Positions 19,701-24,186 of a DNA stretch of 24,186 nucleotides are shown here, in pieces. The stretch is taken from NCBI GenBank assembly GCA_045837725.1, contig JBEWZL010000155.1, positions 62,001 to 86,186 of the forward strand. Reading direction: 5' to 3'. This DNA is from Vermamoeba vermiformis. Lineage: Eukaryota. The notes under the pieces were generated by a model. That model saw only the letters and a program-made list of their open reading frames with translations. It ran no database searches and was not told where the DNA came from. Position numbers and translations under genes: made by a program. How positions within the stretch are numbered: the stretch's first letter is position 1; every line of letters starts with the position of its first letter.

Positions 19701-22700
19701 CACTGTCTATGTCGGTGATCTTTCTTCTGGAATACCGCTCACTCGTAAGTAGCTTTTTCGTTACAAAAAATTGAGAGTGCTAATTGCTATTCAATTAGTG
19801 AATGGAAACTTTGCCGGTTTGCAAACGGAATCATTTTCTTGCGACATGAATGGCATGAATGGCATAACCGTACGTTCTTCGGCCACGTGGATCAGCGATA
19901 CTACTGCCACGTGTCCCGTGCCTACTACGCTTTTGGTGGGCACTTACGCACTTTCATTGTGGCTCAGAGGCAGCCCTGATGCGCGTGTCAGTCCTGATTA
20001 TACTTTCAACGTCTACGGTACGTCCTTCACTCTTTAATAAGTTGACAATAACATGAGAATTCAGACTGTGCAAGCAATTTGGTCTGCAATGACTGTTTAA
20101 ACTCGAGTCGGCCAGCGTGTCGTTATTGCCACACTTCAGCCTCGTGTGTTCATCAAAGTGCAACATGTGCCACGATGATAACAACAGCTGCCCAGTGCCC
20201 GAGTAAGTCTCTTGAGCCCGGTCCGTAACGGTTCTAATATGCACAGCTATTACATCTGTTTTGCCATCGTCCGTGCCAGCATTGAGATTGACTGATGTGC
20301 ACGTGGTCGGCGATCTTCGTGTCAGCGCAGTGTCCAATCCAAAGGTCGCGTGTCGTTGGGGCTATAGAAACAATTACGCCTCGACCTCCGCAATTTCATT
20401 CAACGACACGAATGTGCTGTGTTCTGGCGCCAACGCAACTGGCGCTATCACCACAGATTTTTCAATCAGCGTCAACGATGGAAGCGTTGCTTATTCAAAC
20501 TCGTTGCCCTATACTTTTTACAGTACGTCTATGATAATAATACTGTTAAGGAACTAATTTTTCGTCTTCAAGACTGCAAGGCCATTGCTGGAGATTGCTC
20601 TGCTTGCTTGACAAATGTGACAGCAGGCTGCAAATGGTGCGCGAGTGGATGCGACAACAACTGTGACGACAGCGAACTCGAAATGACAACGTGTCCTTCG
20701 TTGACATCTATTCAGCCTGATCATAGTCACATCAACGGAAATGAGCTGATTACCATCACTGGAGGACCGTTCTATGTACGACTAGGCTATACCTACGAAT
20801 GTCGATTTGGAGACCGAAGAGCTATTGCAACAGTCGTCAATAAGAACGCTATCCAATGTCAATCACCTCCTGTCACTGCTGCTTCGACTGTCAGCGTCAC
20901 AGTTTGGCTGAATGGTATCAACTATGCTCCGTACAGCAGCCTTTCTTTCACGTACTTCAGTAAGTGATATCTTCGATAATGATTTGTAGCTAACAGTTTG
21001 ACAGCGTGTGCAACTACCGCGGATACAGTCTGCTCGTCTTCGTGCACGTCACAACAATACTGCGGTTGGTGTCCGTCGACTTCAACATGCACTGCTTCCA
21101 GTCTTTGCAGTGCGATTGATGACATGTTTTTGCCACAGTGCCTTGGTACGCTAAACGTTCTTTTTTTTCGAAGTACCAGCTGATGTTTTTTTGACAGGTG
21201 TCACTCTTGATCCACCATTCTTGTCAGTTGGTCAAACTCAAGACGTGACAGTACGAGTCACTCCAACTCTCCCTGAGTTCTTCGTGTTGTCAGCACTCTC
21301 GTCCAACAAACGCGCGACACAACAGATTGCACCTGATCAACTCGTGACATGCGCATTGAGTGACGGTCAGACAACGAATGGAGTGATCAAGAGCTCGACT
21401 GAGATCGTGTGCCCATCACTCTCGGTGTCGTCAGTTGCAACAACATTAACAGTCAAATACAACAACACTGCCCTGTTTGCACCTGTTAGTATCACTGATG
21501 CTTGCAGCGCAGCTCCATCATGTTCAGATTGCATGTGAGTAGTGGGAATTATTAACTTGTTAGTACTTATTAATGATATTGTTCAGCAATATCGCGTACT
21601 GTGGTTGGTGTTCTTCTAGCAACAAATGTACGACGCAATCATCGTGCAGCGACACGTGGCAATCAGATTCTTGTTCGAGTGCACCTGGTTCAGATCAAGT
21701 GACGGGTGGTGCTGATCCAGCAGTCGTAGCGCCAGCAGTTATCATTCCTGTAGTCGTTGTTGGTGTTGCAGTGGCGCTGTTATTGCTTTGGTTGCGAAGA
21801 CGTAGAAGATTGCAGCGCGTTGAAGACACTGAAATGTCCGAGAAGAAGAAACAAGAAGTCAAGATTATGAACACCATTAGTACGTATCTTTCTGCCGTAA
21901 GTGGCCCCTAAGAACGAACTAACATGATATGCAAAAAGGCACTATTGATGAAAAACTTCGAATTCCGAGCAAGTCTTTGGCGTTAAAGAAAGAACTTGGC
22001 GCTGGTAGCTTTGGAAAAGTCTATCTTGGGTATGGTGTTCAATATTTTATGTTAATACGATCACTAGAGTACTAAGTATATCGCAGCGAATGGCAAGGAG
22101 CGAAAGTTGCAATCAAAGTTTGTGCATCCGTTGCGAACGTTGATGGATTCTTCGAAGAGGCCGCATTGACTGTGTAAGTTCCAATGTCCTTTAACGCTGT
22201 CTCGTAATTGACACGTGTCATTTAAAAGCGGTCTTCCACCTCACCCAAATGTCGTTCAAACATTTGGTATCAGTGTTGACGGACCACTTCCGTACATTGT
22301 ACTCGAGTTCTGTGAAGGCGGAAGTCTCGATAAGAAGCTATTTGATGACGGCGTTACGTTCTCAATGAGCGAGAAAGTACGACTGATCAAAGGAATAGCA
22401 CGAGGACTGTTGCATCTTCACAACCACAACATTGTTCACCGTGACTTGGCTGCACGCAACATTTTGCTCACGTCAAACAACGAACCAAAGATCTCAGACT
22501 TTGGCATGAGTCGATTGCTGAAAGAAGAAAGTCAGAAAGGTCAAACAAAGAATAACTTTGGCCCGATCCGTTGGATGGCTCCTGAAAGCATCAGAGATCT
22601 TTCATACAGTACGAAGAGCGATGTGTGGTCGTTCGGTGTTATCAGTAAGTAGTTTGTAGTGAGTTACGCTTTGACGTTTTGGTTGACACGTGTCATTTTT

Positions 22701-23018
22701 TACACAGTGTACGAGATCGTGTCAGGAATGGAGCCGCATTCGGACGTCACGGATATCATCGAGATTGCCATGAAGATTAAGTACGTCGTCATATTGTCAT
22801 ATTATGGCTCCTAACTGAATATTACTAGGACCGAAAATTATCACCCACAGTTGTCAGCCGACATAGATCCAAAACTTTCGAGTTTGATGCTCGCGTGTTG
22901 GCGCCCTGCAGCTGCCGATCGTCCGGTAAGTCGAAACTTCTTCCATTAATAAGCATTAACAATCGTGTAGTCGATGAACGATGTTGTCCAAACCTTGGCC
23001 AGTGCTTTCGTCGAGTAG
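16707..23018 (+). CDS. Receptor tyrosine-kinase-type protein 2, tandem paralog of 10014-16167 with the same architecture; 29 exons, frame intact
   Basis: Signal peptide MNTVPFFIFLILIVLPTLAYA, the same propeller/PSI/IPT order, TM VVAPAVIIPVVVVGVAVALLLLWL followed by RRRRR, kinase motifs GAGSFG, VAIK, HRDLAARN and GPIRWMAPE, and a TAG stop at 23016-23018. Confidence 0.9.
19428..19648. mobile_element. Degenerate piggyBac-like MITE inside a kinase-2 intron (19410-19678)
   Basis: TTAA|CCCTTAAATGGCGGGAAGTGCG on the left and CGCGCTTCCCGTTATTAACGGG|TTCA on the right: 22-bp terminal inverted repeats with 17/22 ungapped identity, CCC…GGG ends and a TTAA-like target site. Confidence 0.55.
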
Positions 23019-23351
23019 CGGTAGTGGCACACTAGGAATACGGTCTGTACTACAAATAATGTCAGTAAAAGTTTTCGAGTTAGAACTGGTCACATTAGCC
23101 AGCGTAAATCTTGCCTTGCACTGCGACAGACTCCGATCAAGTTAAACTTAAACTTAAGTTAAAGGGTCAAACAAGGGCTTCCGTTGTCAATCGTGTCTAA
23201 CATGAGTGACAGGTCGGCAAAGTGTTGAAAGTTTTTTTGCACGGAAAAATGCCGGAAAAAAAAGTTTTTGGGTTTCTTTGAATAAAACCGTCAATAAAAG
23301 AAGAAAAGATTTTTGTGTTAGTGTTTAAAGGATTATTTTTGAACATCACGA

Positions 23352-24040
23352 ATGGTAACGCAATGCACGACGCACTAATATCTGTGTAACCACGCTTATA
23401 GGGTGATTTTGGACAACTAGTATTAGTTATTGGTGATTTTCATATCCCACAACGCGTACCTGAGTTGCCAAGTAAATTTAAAGAATTATTGGTAATTAAA
23501 TTATCTTAATTTTTATTCTATCGAGCTAATAATGCCCAATAGGTACCTAACAAAATTCATCATATTTTATGCACTGGAAATTTAACAACAAAAGACACGC
23601 TCAATTATTTAAAGACCGTGTCATCCAGTGTTCACGCCATTCAAGGCTTTAGCGACGAGGTAAATAATTATTTTATTTTTTATTTTTTTTTTATCGGTCT
23701 TGCTCGGGTTAATCCTCAGCTTTCAAACGATGAAGAAGCTCTTGAAATAATTCAACGTCGATTAGAGTGCGATATATTAATTACAGGTGGAACGCACGAG
23801 TTTAAAGCTTACGAATACCAAGGAAAATATTATGTAAATCCGGGATCTGCTACTGGTGCTTATGTTTCGTCTTATTCTCTCGAACCTGTTGCTCCTAGTA
23901 TGGCATTATTAAGCTTACAAGGCAATAATGTCACTTTGTATCATTATCAACTTGCTCGTAGTGATTCATCAATGCCGTGTACCCACGCTAGCGTCGATAA
24001 TGACGTTCAAGTGTCCAAAATACAATTATCAAAGAATTAA
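23352..24040 (+). CDS. VPS29: VPS29-like retromer/retriever subunit (divergent); exons 23352-23354, 23402-23491, 23543-23659, then ~23693-24040 with an unresolved junction
   Basis: LVLVIGDFHIP, KFKELLVPNKIHHILCTGNL, DILITGGTH and YVNPGSATGAY. The first exon is an ATG only. Confidence 0.85.
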
Positions 24041-24186
24041 TGCCCGAATAATAAACTTAGTTGATAGTACACAATGGTTCTATGCGTCAATACGAAGTAC
24101 TTCGTATAATTAAATGAAAAACTGCGATTCCTGTGTTTTTGGCTGTTTTTCAATTTGACGACCACGCGCCATCGAAACAAAAAATG

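Noticed and set aside
10606-21877. Numerous short antisense or alternate-frame ORFs over the kinase genes
   Set aside because: They are shadows of the real coding exons.
23958-23991. Possible extra intron near the VPS29 C-terminus (gtagtg…ctag)
   Set aside because: Removing it shifts the frame away from the conserved DVxVxKI end; read-through is in frame.
24184-24186. Terminal AAAATG as the start of a next gene
   Set aside because: It lies at the window edge and cannot be supported.
1-24186. CRISPR arrays, tRNA/rRNA genes, prokaryotic operons or defence systems, autonomous transposases
   Set aside because: None seen; the sequence is spliceosomal-intron-rich eukaryotic DNA with no regularly spaced repeats.

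Overview
Intron-rich eukaryotic genomic DNA with short GT-AG introns and CTAAC/CTAAT-like branch points. It is most likely from a protist; the kinase motifs suggest an amoebozoan, but that is inference. Seven genes can be built by hand: an intronless BCS1-type AAA ATPase (-), VPS52 (-, 15 exons), a stand-alone PNKP/aprataxin-type FHA protein (-), a divergent Rab11-like GTPase (+), two tandem paralogous receptor tyrosine-kinase-type genes (+, about 30 and 29 exons) and a divergent VPS29 (+). The main highlight is the receptor pair: signal peptide, about 7-blade beta-propeller, six PSI-IPT pairs plus a seventh PSI, one transmembrane helix and a kinase with HRDLAARN/PIRWMAPE motifs. That is a plexin-like ectodomain on a MET-like kinase. 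The pair shows patchwork gene conversion and phase-1 module-boundary introns, and is flanked by three endosomal-recycling genes. Non-coding signals include a strongly base-paired ~270 nt element in the FHA/Rab divergent promoter, a 56-bp repeat upstream of both Rab and kinase 1, a piggyBac-like MITE in a kinase-2 intron, and two apparent deletions at T-tracts (possibly assembly errors). All structures and alignments were done by eye; no searches were run.
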